A stretch of DNA of 63,152 bases from Pelomyxa schiedti (Eukaryota > Protista > Evosea): assembly GCA_020536535.1 (NCBI GenBank), contig JAHLWZ010000414.1:1-63152 (forward strand), in the 5' to 3' direction. Under the pieces are notes generated by a model that had not been told where the DNA came from, made no database searches, and saw only the letters and a program-made list of their open reading frames with translations. This document shows, piece after piece, positions 47,052 through 60,877 of the stretch (position 1 is its first letter; the number at the start of each line of letters is the position of its first letter). A program made the translations under genes and the position numbers.

Positions 47052-48255
47052 ATGCACTGGGTGGATCGTACTTTTATGCTGCTGGTATTAGTGGTGCTAT
47101 GTTGTGTATATGAAACTGGTATGATACAATGTTTGGAAGTAACAGCTACTGGGGAGTTGTCAACAAGCTCCATGTCACTCACTGCTGTACTTCCACCAAA
47201 AGAGTGGCGGTTTGCCACTGTGTCTTACCTGGTCACAATGAACGTGCCAGCCATGTGCACCTTTTCTTCTTGGATGAGATTGTTTTTTTCCCCACTCAAC
47301 GTTGATGCATACCACTACTCTGATGTGCCTCAAGGGAAACCAGAAACTCACACATTCAAAACGTAGTGTTCCCTTAGAATTTGTTATCATTCATTACCTT
47401 ATAATAACAATAGGTGGTTTGGGCCATGTGAAATTGAAGAACTTCATGATTGGCCTCCATTTTATAACATTTCACTGGTAGTAAGTCTGGAACATACAAA
47501 CTGCACAATTCAAGTTGTTGCTATGGTAACATTAACCCAAGTAAGCTTCAACAAACTGATGCTATTTGATATTTATCATTACTCAGGTTTCCAACCTTAT
47601 GAGCAACTCAAGCTCTCCTATTGAATTCCGTCCAATAACTGCAGGATATACACCATTTGTCATAAATCCCTCGTCCAATGATTCATTTGTGGAACCGGAA
47701 GATGTGGGATCTGCATATAACTTGACTCTCACACTGAGCTCCATAGCTAACACTGCAATGAACATTTTTGCTGTTGCATTTTCATCAAGTGGGTGCCCAG
47801 GAAAAGATCCAAACATCACATTCATTATACCTGACTCGGCAAAGTCATGGTCTGGAGGACTACAAGATACTGTGCTTAGCACCAGGTACATTTATGTTGC
47901 GTCCAAAAAAGCATCTAGCTCAGTGGTGACTGCGGCTCTGGTTGCCACTCAAACCCATAGTGGCTGGTGCTGTTCAATGAAAACATTTTATTGCACTGAA
48001 TGTAGCTCATCCCTCTCCAGCACAACATCAAATGACCCTGGGCATGATGACAAATCAAAATCGGGTCTGCTCCTGGGTCTACTTCTATTCTTTGTGATTA
48101 CAACTATTGTTCTGCTCAGCGTGGTGGTTGCCATCTTACTCTGGAGGGGGCACAAAAACAAAATGGTTGCCAAGGAGTCTGTAAATCTAATCAACCAACA
48201 ACCAGAACTCGAAATTATTGTTAAAACAAAACCCAAAAGAACAAAAGCAACATAA
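47052..48255 (+). CDS. Type I single-pass membrane protein, unknown function (multi-exon)
   Basis: Signal peptide MHWVDRTFMLLVLVVLCCV; TM LLLGLLLFFVITTIVLLSVVVAILLW followed by a basic tail. Confidence 0.7.
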
Positions 48256-48284
48256 GGAAAAAAGTTTCTTCAATTCTCCACACA

Positions 48285-49860
48285 CTACATAAAAGTCTGT
48301 TTGGGAATTCTCAGCTCAGGGTGAGCTGGTGTAGCTTGGTCTTGACAGCAGGCCTGGAATTGTGCAAGCACTCCCGTCAGGAACGTTACGTTCACTTTGG
48401 TCATTCCATATCGTGAATGGGTATCAATTCCCCAGCTCATTCCTGCTGTCAGTCTATCTATCTTCTCTGACATGGTAGAGTAAATGTGATTGATTTTGGG
48501 AGAATTCAGAGAGTTGCACAGATCCTGAGCAAACAATTAGTAATATGTGGGTGTGATCGTGACAGACCTGAACGCCAAGAAGCATCCCAATCCATACACA
48601 TCGAAGAAGATTTTTCCCGAAGTCAAAACCAGTGGCAGACATTATACATTTCCTGACGGTGTTGAGCTCATTGACAGTTTCTTCAGGAATTTGTTATAGT
48701 CTGCAAGAATCCTTGAACTTTGTTTATCTGGAACACGTCACAGGTGCCACGAGGTAACCAGTTATACACACATATTTGAAATAATTTTCAGGGAACACTG
48801 CTGGATCAATAGAGCAAATCGCATTGTCAATTGCATATCCTCTTCCAGAGACAATGAACAGATTACCCATGTTGCCTTCATTGTCCCAAATCACTGGGAA
48901 TCGGTCACTGTTATTTACCAGAACATCAAAACTGCAAATGCAACCTTGAGTTTCAATTCAAAATCGGTTAAAAAAAATTGAGTAAGTACCAAAATCAGTG
49001 CAGATTTGACTGAGAGTTTCTGGAGGATACAAACTGAGCTTAGAACCTTCAATATCTGAGCCTTTAAGATATTGCATGACAGCGATTATAGGCTTTGTGA
49101 GGAGTTTGTCTAATTTTGCCTTTCGTAAAGCTTCTAGAGGCGTTGTTAAAACGTCATATTCTGCATCGAGCTGATAAAACACCAACCTCGAAGTCAGTGT
49201 CAGGAAACTATAAGAACAAGGAAACGAAGAAGAGATGCCTCTCCTTTGGCATGGGTACACAAGGGGCGCCCTCAGCCAGCAGATACGCGATATGGTCAGC
49301 AGCCACAGTTAGAGCTGCCTTGAGCACAACCACAGATTCATCAGGGAACCTCACAAACCACACTCCCTCCGCACCCGTGGCACTGCACACGCAGTCTTTT
49401 AGCTGCGGCCACATGGATGCCACTTCGAACAAGGAGTAGATCCTGTTCCTTTGCCACAAGTGAATAGTGCCTCGATTTGGAAGTATTTTCATCACTACGA
49501 CTGAGGAGCCCACTAGGCATGGTTCAACCCCTGTTTGTAGACCGCAGGCTCGTGGTGTCATACAGATCAATCACTCCAGTTAATCTCTCCATCGACGCTA
49601 ATATTTGCCATGATTTCAACGCTGGATGTGGTTGGTTAAAACCTTGTACAATAGAAGCATAGATACCCTGCAATAGTGTGCTGAGTGTTGTTTTGGTAAT
49701 CCAGCGGTGACTGTAGCCCAGAAGGGCATTCATCTTGAGCTCAAGAAGTGTGTTCTTTGTGTAGGCCCGGGGGAGTGAATATGAAGATGTTGTAGTAGTT
49801 CCTGATACGTATTATTGTTGCTTCTTGTAGTACCAGGAGTTGGAGCACTTCGGGCTCCAG
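48285..49860 (-). CDS. Actin-fragmin kinase-like atypical kinase (multi-exon; 5' end uncertain)
   Basis: TGAEGVWFV..VVVLK, VMQYLKG, FDVLVNNSDRFPVIWDNEGNMGNL and YAIDN match the actin-fragmin kinase catalytic pattern. Confidence 0.75.
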
Positions 49861-51018
49861 GATTCAGGCAACGGATTGAGCTAACATCAGAGGTGTAAGG
49901 ACAATAAAAGAAGGAATGTAAGAATTACATGAAAAAGATTGTTGCTCCTCCATGGGCGAGTTTTGATTTGACTTCTTCCCCCAAATGACCAAAATCTGGT
50001 AACATTTCAGCAAGTCCCGCAAATGGGGTTCATTCCTTGAAGTATAAGCTGGACCCTCATTGAAAATCATACATACAACAGGGACAGAATATTGTTATGC
50101 GGTTCGTTCCTGAAATTGTCAGTTGAAAAATCTCACATACTACTTGATCAGCAACATATTTGTTCCCTCAAGGCAATATATATATATTGTAGAGAATTCC
50201 CAACCTTGAAGCCTACAAGCTGACGTTTATTGGTTAATAAGAATGAGGGAGGTGTGTATGTACACATAGAAACGAGGCACAGCTCACCCAGTCAAGGACT
50301 GGTTATATTTTGATCACGAGCTACAACAAACTGTTTTGCGGCTCTGTAATGATGTAGTGCATCTCTTGGGTTTTGTTGTTGTGCAGTTATCGCCACGCGT
50401 GTGTGTCCACATAGAAACGAGGCAAAGCTCACCGATAACTACACACTACACTCTCTCTTAATGCCAATCACGAGAGAGCGGATGTGGGACAGCGAGGTTG
50501 TTGTGAGGAGTGAGGTGACTCCCCTGCCCTTTTCGTTGAGGATCCCGTGTCATCACACAACGGTAATTTTTTAAAAGAGGTTTAGAAATTAAGGCTGTTT
50601 CTTGCCTCTGATGTAGGTGGAAGGGGAGAGCGGGGGTCAGAGTGCATTGTGGGCCAAGGAATATCAACGAGGACGAGGCCAACAAAGCACAAAGCAAGGG
50701 CACTGCGTGTTCCGCTGTTCCCAGACCCCCAACAACGACACGAAAAAGCACCGACATTGTAACCACGTTGGCCGCATCGTCGCATCCCCACCACCAAGTT
50801 TGTGTCACTCACAGCAAATTCAACAGCCGTGTCACGGCTTTGGCGACGTCAACTGCTGCTTCCTTCCTGGCATTTTTATAACAGTTAGTGTTACTGTTGC
50901 ACTGTGTGGCAATTCTGAGGGCGGCTACATTGAATGCAGCTCAGGGTTGCACTTGTATGTTCTCTCTGTATCTGTCATCCCCTCTTTATCTGTCTTTAAC
51001 TTTTCCCCGCAAGTGTTA

Positions 51019-51118
51019 NNNNNNNNNNNNNNNNNNNNNNNNNNNNNNNNNNNNNNNNNNNNNNNNNNNNNNNNNNNNNNNNNNNNNNNNNNNNNNNNNN
51101 NNNNNNNNNNNNNNNNNN
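51019..51118. other. Assembly gap (100 N)
   Basis: Seen directly. Confidence 1.
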
Positions 51119-52463
51119 ATTGTCTAACAACCCCTCACAGAAAACTCCGGAGTATTTTCTCTCGATTCAACAGAGAACCCCTCATTCTGGGATGCCAACC
51201 AGGTCTATGTCAACTACTGCTCAAGGTATTTTCACACTTTATCTGCTCCATAGTTTTCACACTGTTTGTTGCAGTGATGCCCACACTGGTGACCGAGGAG
51301 TCACATCTCCATCATCTCCATGGTACTTCCGTGGCAAGCGAATAGTATGCATCGACACCCTGCACTCTCTGCCGTTTAATTCCTTTGTTTAGGTGGCAGG
51401 AGTATTTCAGGATTTGAGTGAAACGACTGAGTTCAGCAAAGCAACAAGTGTTGTCTTCTCTGGATGTAAGTCCAACGCTCTTTATCTCCATCAACGAATC
51501 CTTCCAGGTTCTGCTGGAGCCAGAGGCGTTCTGGCCAATGTTGATTTGGTTGCTAATCTCGTTTCTCAGTATGCGCCTCAGGTACCTGAGTAGATTTTGA
51601 CCAGTAACGCACCACTTAATTCTTTCAGGCAACCTTCCGGGCTTTCTCAGATGCTGGCTGGTGGTATGATAGGGATCCTTTATACCCGACGATCGTTTCT
51701 TTGAGAGAGCAAACTCAAGTTACAATTACTCAATTACCTCCTAAATCCACTTTAAGAAGACATCATACACTAAATCATACCGCATAGCTTGGTGTTGCAT
51801 ATTTCAATGGAACTGCAGATCAAGATTGTATGAGCACAATGAGTGAGAGTGATAAATGGCAATGCTTCTTTGCCATGTATGCCTGGCCTTATATTTCAAC
51901 ACCGATATTTTGGCAGGTTGAAATACCACTCATCAATTGTATCAACTCTCTCTGCTCTTTCTAACAATTGTTCCCCAAAGGTGGAGCAGTACGACTCGTG
52001 GCAACTTGGGTGGAATGGGGTATGTTTCCCTCTGTGCAAACAAAGGTAGTTCCAAACACAACAATCTAGGTCTCTATCCCCTTGGACACTCTGAGAGAAA
52101 AAGACTACGTGTACTCCTTTGCACATTATGTCAAGTCCACAACTCGGGACATTGCAAACAATGTACTGCGACACAACACACTCTACACTTCGTCGCACCC
52201 AATAAAATCCTCTACTCCCAGAATTCTAACCGGAATTCCCGCAGATGCCCCAAGATGGGGTGTTCAGCCCAGGGTGCTGGGACCACTGCATGAGCGAGTC
52301 TGATCAATACTACCGGGTGCATGTGACCAATCCAATCACGGCTGAGCTGGCAACCCTCAAGGACACCTTGCACTGGTGGCTTGGCAATGAACCTCCCTCT
52401 TTCATTGACGTTGTGGAGTCGTGTTTAGACTTCAACTGCAGTGTCAACTGTCTTGCAAGTTGA
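51119..52463 (+). CDS. Pectin acetylesterase/Notum family protein, 3' portion (5' end lost in gap)
   Basis: NPSFWDANQVYVNYCS|SDAHTG, WYFRGKRI, nucleophile motif VFSGCSAGARG (split by an intron), EQYDSWQL, FSPGCWDHC, FIDVVESCLDFNCSVNC. Confidence 0.85.
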
Positions 52464-55400
52464 GAGCTACGTAACCCCAGGCCCTTGCTTGCAAGCTTGC
52501 CTCCTGTTTAACAGAAAAAAATTGTGATATGGGTTTGTGAGGTTACCTGTTCATTACCCATGAAGCCACTCATGGTACCACTTGTTGAAAAAAAAGGAAG
52601 AGACAGGACTGAATGCTTGTTTCTCCTCCAGCATCAATTGAATCCACCCACTAATAATAGGGTTGTCCTGGAAGACACGCAGTATTCCAAGAAGTGGTGT
52701 CTTTGGTGCAATAGTGCAGTGCTGCACACTTGTAACATTGCCAGAGCTTCTGCTCTCATAGTTGTACACCTTGAGAAACACCAGAACGCCATTGGTCCAC
52801 AAGGGTATTCCCGTATCTACATAACCCCTTCAGGCCCCCTACTTTGTTCTCACAGTGCCGAAAACCACCCTCCAGCGTTTGTTATCCAGAAGCTCCTCAA
52901 AAAATACCTTTGTTCTTATCACTGCTGAACCAGAAACAAAGAGAAACTTCCAGCAACTTTTTTTAAAAGGATTCATTTAGTATATGCTAGAAGGGCTCTC
53001 GCTACCACGTGCCCAAGGGGTGGGAGTCTATTTTTATTTACGTAAGAAAAAGAAGACTTCATAATATTTAAAAAGAAACACCTTTGAGGGGACAGAAAGT
53101 ATCACAGTATCGGAAGCCATGAGTTCATCCGCCAGAGATTTCAAGTTTGTGACCACAGTCTGACAGTTTTCCTGCAGTGAGAGATCCTGTATTTTTTTAG
53201 TTCATGTTCTATTGATAATGCATACTATAAAAATAAAAAAAGTAATGTGGTACTCAACTCTTCCGTTTACATGCAAAGCAAGGGCGTTCATAAGTTCAAT
53301 ACATCGAACAACCTCCGTATGCACCATTTTCCTTTGAGCCTCCGTCGATGCTTTGTCCGCCATTTTTTCTCGTGTTTTTACATTGTGGCACAAAGAAGAC
53401 TACATCATGGCACCCCACGAGCCTTTAGTCATCACATGTGTCTCCCTAGAACGAACAATTATTGATCGAATTTCAGTGAAACATTGATGAAAAATGCAAA
53501 AATTGAAACAAGCAAGATGAATAATGTTTTTCTATTCGACTTTGGTCACAATTAAACAATTTTGGTTCGGCTTAAGAGCGCGCGACTTTTCTCGTGCGGT
53601 GGTGCGGTGTTCTGCGGCTAACGTCGTTCGGCGACGCCGTCGTGGATTTCGCTGCTGTCTCGGCGCGATCCTTGATGTCGGTGCCGACGTGATCAATCTG
53701 TGGATTCCATTCCCGCGCATTAGCTTCGCGGCCATCATGTTGATCATCTAAAGTTCTATTTCTATCCATACCGCTAACAGTGTGGCGATGTTACGAGTTG
53801 CAAACAAGATTGTGAGAATGTCCTCTACGGTTTTTTTTTTTTTTTTGCTTGGGCACTGGCTCGAGGTTGTTCTTGTTCGTTCAAATGTGTACATGAAAGG
53901 CTTAGAATATACGGAATTTTTGGTGTTACTTTCATCAATCAAAAGCAACTTTATGTGCTGCAACATCATCTCAATTTTACGAATGCCATATTACACTTTG
54001 TGTTGATCTAACTGACTCCGGACTTACATAAAGAAACTTGCAACAAGTGGATTCTTGGCTTTGTGTAGTGCCTGAAATTTCTGAGCTTGTGGAATTGTAT
54101 AACAACCGTCAATTTACAGAACTGGTAACAATGAAAATGTACCCAACAACTACTACCAACCGCATTGGCGCGTGATTGAGAGCTCTCGATACCTGGATTT
54201 CTCTTGAATTTTCAAAGCGAAGCTTTAGAGCCTGAAGGTGATTCAACTTCATATGTAATGATGATGCCACATTTTCAACTTTCTCAACCTTTTTAAGGCC
54301 ACTGTGTCACTTTGCTCCCTCTGAATATAATTGAAATACATGCGCGAAAGTCGTGAATTCCTTTCACAATGGTACTTCCAGAAATCAGCATTCTTGTCGT
54401 GGCCAACACATGTTAGACATAATGCTACTACTTGTGGGCTTACGGCAAAGAGCATTTTCGATTCGTCACTGAAAAATATTGTTGAAAATGAAAGGAATTT
54501 ACGAGCAATCACTGCATTAAAGTTTAATGAGAACTACCGACCAGTGCATCACAGTTTCATTCTGCACAAGATAGATATTGCTTCATTCCAGATTCTTGTT
54601 GTCTGCTGCCTTTGATTGGAACAAAAGCTTTGACATTGAGACTAATACTGTGGAAAAGGAAAAGTTTCCGTGCAAGTCACTCTGGATGATGGAGAGGTCT
54701 GACCTTCATTTTCCACCTTCTGTGAAATTCACAACCGGCCAGGATGATGTGATCGTGGATGGAAACTTATACCACACAGTGCAGTGATCGACAACTTGTG
54801 ATCCTAACGACCAGTCAATCCCTCTTTCTGTATTCAACTGAATGCAATTCCTGCTGATAGTGTTACTGCACATTTATCTATCTGACATCTCTTGTATTGA
54901 CAACTGCAAATTGGCCCACTCCTCAGATGTATTCCCAGTTGAATTTAGATCTGCAGTCTGATCCCCACTGTAGGTACCCGTTGCGGGCTGGACAACTTCG
55001 TTGTTGATGGCATCGTCTTATCCACATCAAAAAGTGGCCCTGTTACACCGTCGGGTGTCATATACAATTCTGGGTATTGATGGACCCTTCCACATTCAAC
55101 ACTCGCCAAGAGTCGACAAGCCTCTGTATCAGTAAGCCCAAATAAAACGACAGAATGACTTGTCAACTTCCATTCTCTCTCACTCAGCAATTGGGCCACC
55201 ATTCAGTTCCTTGCAGTCTTTGGGCATCAAACATCCCACGATTATATTGCATTAACTTGCCTCAGAGTTGATGACCCTTATGTGGACTTCATCATCTCTG
55301 GACTCTCTTTACAATGAAGAGAAAGTGAGTAATTCAATTCTCAAATACTTCAAGAATCTAAAGAAGCCGCATTCATCAGTAAGGGCAATGGCACAATTGG

Positions 55401-56717
55401 AATACAAGTTGTTAGAACCAGCATCACCTCTCCACTATTAAAAGTTGTTCTTCATTTGCCAACTCAGTGTAAGTTGGAAAGCTTGACCTTGGACTAAACG
55501 CCATTTAGGATTAACAACCCAACCCTACCAGGTTGGTGTGAGCTCACTCACATAGAGTTAAGACAAGCTAGTCCACTTATTTTGGACGGTCCTTGACTGG
55601 CATGTTTTTCAGACTGTGATATGTTGAAGTTTCCTGTTTGTATTATTATAACGGTCTGTGATTTTTATGCTGACAGCTGTTCTTTTGCACTTCCGCTGCG
55701 ATTTCTCTAGAAATCCTGGATGCACCTTTTCCCGGCTCCTGATCAGTCTGACCACCAATTAATTAATCTTGTGGCTGATAATCTCCTCTTTGACACTGGG
55801 CCCATGTTGCCCTCACAGACTCGCAGTACATTACAAGAATTAAGGGGAAACTTACAAACCCCGCACTGTATTGCACTGGCTTTCATGAAATGCACTCTAG
55901 AATTAAAAGTGTCAGTGACAAAGCTCAACTGAGTTCAGACAGACACTCATATAAAGATAAGAAAACGGTAAGCAATTGCTTCGCTTAGCTGTTGGACCTC
56001 CTGAAAATATTTTACGACCCACACGAAGTTTTTCTCAAAAAGGATAGCTGTGTGCGTTCTCTTCTGGTTTTTCCCTCAATTTAATTCCAAAAAGCTCATT
56101 TGTTACCCAAAATTGGCTCGGCGTGCCAGAGGACTCCATGAATTAAGGGATGTGTAGATGCTTTGAGGTAAGCTCTCCATTGCTTTCAGATGTCAACTCA
56201 TTCCACAAGGGAAGAATGGACGGCGACACCTCCGAACCCACTGTCCTTGAGAGGGTGTGAAGGAGACCAGGTATATGATGCAAAACTCCCACTAGAACTA
56301 ATACCCATCAACCAACCCTGCATTGAATTCAATATCTCATTACCATTTTTTTGCCACTTGGATTTTTTGTATACTCCCTCCTTCAAGTTTACAGAGGATG
56401 GCACAGGGACAAAAGGAAACATCTCAACATAAGAAGCCGTGAATACCGAGAATGAAAAATACATCACTGTACTTCTGCTTATTGTCGATGAAAAAAAAAA
56501 AAAGACTGAGCAGAATCTGCTTTTGTTCTGCGAACAAACACTGAGAAGCAGTTAGAAGGATAGAAATCTGGACATGACAACACGTAACGCAAAACTGCGA
56601 AAAGCAATTGGCCTTTGCGTACAAAAAAGTTACAGTAGATCAATTTAAGCATTTCAAACAGAAAAAAAATAAATATAAACCAACACAATAAACACACTGG
56701 AGCACGGTAGATCCTAA

Positions 56718-58970
56718 ATGTCTTCACATTACCTTGCGAAGATAACTGTCATCGACGTAACAGAAGAGATGGTGAGTCCTGATGCGAGCGGGGATCGGCG
56801 GCACGTTGTGAGTGGTCTTGAGATGCGCCCCGACGGTTCCTTTTTGGACTTTGAGCAGGGGATAATCTTGTGGTCCCACGGCCACCCGGCGCCGAAGTAC
56901 GGGCAGGTCCTCTTCGTGAAGGCCTGGTTCCGCAACCCAGGCGAGAAGTATGCCGCCCCCGCCCCCGTTTTCGTGATTTTTTGTAGCTCTTTTTTTTTTT
57001 TTTTTTTTACGCGTCGCGAGCGAGTTAACTTGCGTGATATATAGGAGCGGTGAAACCGTGCTGGTGGTAAAGTCTTATGATATTACGTACTGGAGTAAAG
57101 ACACTATTCCACGTCTCCTCGTGTCACCAACAACCACTTCTGAAGTCGCCGGCGCCAAGGCAGAAGGAGAAGCTGTGCAGCCAGTTAAGAAACGCTACAG
57201 ATTCAACCGTCCAATGTGCGCTCTCTTTTTTGAGATTGACAAATTACTGAATGAACTCAACAGTGAAATGAAGCAGCCACGTCCTGACGTTAGAGAGGAA
57301 CCAAAGGATAACCAAGCAGTAGCGTTGACGTCAACTGCTTCATCTGAATCACCCGAACAAGATTCCGAACTGTGAGTTCCTGTAACATACATTTGTTCAC
57401 TAATTAATTTTTGGACAATTCACAGGGAGACCGATTTTATCACACGCTCTGCTCCACGCAAGAAGAAGGGGAGGAACAACAGTAATAAGACCAAGAAGCA
57501 CAAGCACAAGAAAACGAGCAAGAAGGCTCACAAGGTTGTTGAGCCTGTTGTGTTAGGCAAAAAAAACACCCGAAAGCCAAAGTAAGTTTTTATCTGAGTT
57601 AGTAGTTACTAACATCGAAGAAGGATTGCTGCTTGTCCTGCACCTGCTCCTGATTGTCCCACTCCTTATCAAGAACTACATCAACGTCAACTGAAACCTA
57701 TCAGTGCCGATTCCTCTATTCTGGATGAACTTGTGGACCTTGATTGGTCAGATGAACCCAATGTAAAGGCTGGCACAAAACGGACTCGTGGTGAAGCTCT
57801 TGGAGGAGTTGTTGCTGCCTCAGTAACAGGCTCAGCATCAGCCAGTCGAGGGAGCGCGCTTGAATTCACATCAACAACACCATCGTCAACGGCAAGAGCA
57901 TCTGATGTTCAATCCTCACAGGTTTGTTCGATAATGACAACCATTCTCATTATCTCCCTTTGTTAACATTTCATATCAGGTTACTGGTGAAAGCCCAAAA
58001 CTCGGAACACTCCAAGAACTTGTTGAGAGCAGTGGAACGACAACTAAGTTGCTTATGTTGAACGTATTTCGCGTGGATGACAAAAAGTTTCTGGGGATAG
58101 ATGTAAAGGTATCTCTTGCTACATACACAAACAAACAAGCAAACCAACAACAACCAGTACTTACATATTTATTATTCGCTTTCTCCTAACGAACAAAACA
58201 AATAAATCCTTAGGGATCTCAAGCACTGGTTACCTTGTTGAAGAGCAGTCCCGCATTGAAGAGTGATGAAGGAGAGGTCGTGCACGTTTCGGGTGCCAGG
58301 GTCACCGGGGCCGCAGGCGATGTGCGCCTTGTTGAAGCAGCCAGCGTTACAACCAGTAGTAGACAGGGACTGAAGGTTGGATTCAATGACGCCCTGAGGA
58401 TGCTCTTCCCTCACAGGAGGCCCGATCAAAAGAGGCTGCTCCCGTGTGCTGCAACGGCTGGGGCTCGTGTTGCACAGCTGCACAAGGATCTTCTGACACA
58501 GAACAAATCAAAGAGAAAAGGTTTGGTTCAATCAATATTGGGTTTTTGTCTCCTAACCTGAACTCCTATATGCAAGACTGGATTGGTTGCATCCTCAATA
58601 AGGTTCGAGGGAACACCTACAATGTTAAGTTCGAGGACGGGCAATCTGGTCCAGTGTTCTTCAAGGCTGAGGCCCTGCGAATTCTAAAGAGGAGGACAGG
58701 AAAGCCGGCGTTGCAGCTCGACGCTGGTGACGTAATTGCTGTCAAGATGTCCCTCGTGGGTTACGACCCAAAGAGAACCGTGGCGAACGTAGAAGGTTTA
58801 GTTCCCGAGTTGTAACAAAAGGAAAACTAACCGATTGCACTTTTTTTGTAGGTTATTTCTGCCTTGTGGATGAGCTTTCCATTGTGATGCCGCTGGAAAC
58901 ATATGAGGATGATACCTACCCCGGTGCTGTCTTCCTCAGGCAACACGCCGTCCTGCACAATCGCCACTAG
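56718..58970 (+). CDS. Hypothetical nuclear protein with Lys-rich tract and possible OB-fold-like beta domains (multi-exon)
   Basis: Exons join with GT..AG introns into one reading frame ending TAG 58968-58970. KKHKHKKTSKK NLS-like tract. Beta-strand patterns IILWS..PKYGQVLFVKA, EGEVVHVSGARV, AGDVIAVKMSL. Confidence 0.55.
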
Positions 58971-59149
58971 ACGCCAGCCCCATGCCCAACCAGGCCAACT
59001 TTTTCAAAACAAGCAAAAAAAGGAACCCAAAATTTCAAATGTCAGACTTCTCTTATAGTCGCCCACTAGAACAAATAACGTACCACTTGTGGGGTGCTTT
59101 TGTCCTCTCTGGATCCTGTCGTTGGCATTTGTGATTGCATTGGAAGGAA

Positions 59150-60300
59150 TGTACATAAGAGTCAGACAAGTTCGAGCAATAGGACCAACAGTGGGCAGAT
59201 GAATGTTAATGCAGTAGAGTCAAATGACTTTGGAAGCAGTATTTTCTGTTGAAAGTAAGCACCGAAAACCAAGGCAGCTACATGCTCCCTAAGGAATATG
59301 GCGTCAATCACCAGGTTCTCCAGACAAATCTAAAAAAGAATAAGTGAGAAGTTTCGGATGAAACAGGAACATGGTAAACTATCCAGTGACTGGTAAGTGC
59401 CAGAGAGAAGCTCAGATCTTTTCTAGAGACAAGTTAGCATGGTAATGAAGATGCTCCACATTCAAGTGCTTGTGCGGAAAGCCCTTTTTCCAACAAAATG
59501 GCAACAAACAGAGGTTGCAGCGCGAGTCGGGAAGGAATCCAGTCTACGCCCCAGGTACTGTGTGATTCAGGAGTATCAACACAGACCCCCGCTTTGGAAA
59601 GGGCAAGTATACAATGAGGATTGTTCACAACAACAGCCTCCATCAGAGTCTTTGTGCTCGGAGAGACAACGTGGAAAGAGAGTTGCTTCACAAGTGCTTT
59701 TGAGTCAGGAGCATAGATCTTTATTGCTGCAAATAAAGCCTCCTCGAGCAGGGGGCGGTTTCCCTTGCTGTATGTACAGAGCAACGTAAAAATGTCATCC
59801 CGTAGCTGTCAAAGAAAAATTATAATCCTAACAGGTATTTTTTGTTTCGAGTGAGGAGGTAACCTTGGATGGTGGTTGTTCAGCACAAAGAGCTAAAAAT
59901 GTAGTAGAATCTTTTGTTGTGGCACCAGCATTAATTAGAGTATGTACAATCCCAAGAGATTGTGCTTTAACGGCAGTGGTCGGACACAGATTGCCCTTCA
60001 TTCTGAACCATGTAGGAGCAGTTAGATTGAATTGTTCCTCTTTACATTGCTTTCTGTTGCACACTTGGAACAAATCCAGAGAGTAAACTGCTGGTCGGTC
60101 ACAACAACACTGTACTCGGAAGAAATTGCGTTGACCGGTACTCGAGACCCTCTGGAGTCATAAACTGTGACGACAGAATACCATCGGCTACCAACGGTCC
60201 CTCTGCATACAATGCCTTGTGTAGTTTCTGCACCAAGTAGCATGAACAATCAACAGACAAACCCCAAAAGAAGAGGGGCACAACAAACTTCGAACATCCA
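59150..60300 (-). CDS. Ankyrin-repeat-like protein or pseudogene; boundaries approximate
   Basis: GIVHTLINAGA, TLMEAVVVNNPHCILALSKAGVCVD and QPLFVAILLEK..ALECGAS resemble ankyrin repeats. The reading frames are fragmentary. Confidence 0.4.
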
Positions 60301-60877
60301 CAATGAGGTCTGAATGAGTGTCTTGTCCTTCTTTCCGGGAGCGTTGGTGCCGGCGTTTGCGTTTCTGGGCTGAAGTTATAAATTGTGTATTTCCGCGTTT
60401 GATTCGTACAGCAAAAATGCATTCCTGAGCAATCAGTTGGTAGCACCTTTTGCAGGCATTTACTGCGTGTAGATGCCTCGCCTGTGATGTTTGTTTGGGG
60501 ATTATCAGTAATTAATTACGTATCCCAATATACTGGTAAAGGATGATAGGCACGGGGTGGTGCAAAGCCAATCCAAGTCAATAGAAACTTTGTCAAATGA
60601 ATTTGGCGTGTCCACAAATCCATAGCACCTCAGTAATTCCGAGTTGGAGAGGTCGCCGTACTACATGAACATAACCTAACCCTAAGTTTTTCCTGCACAT
60701 GGAGCAAGAATCCATACCAGAGCTGAGTGCTGGTGCCGTTGTGTTGATTGATTGCCTGTCTGGAATTCCTTTGTTGAGACTTCAATTTTCTCCCTCCAAG
60801 AAGATCCTCGTTAGGTCTATTCGCCTTTTCTCTGTTCCACACCAGCATTCAACTCTGGTTTGGTGGTGTTGGTTTGT

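Noticed and set aside
50263-50433. CRISPR array
   Set aside because: Only two repeat units, a 120-nt spacer, no cas genes, eukaryotic context.
50617-51345. 242-aa ORF spanning the N-gap (also ORFs across 61986-62085)
   Set aside because: Open only because Ns are translated as X.
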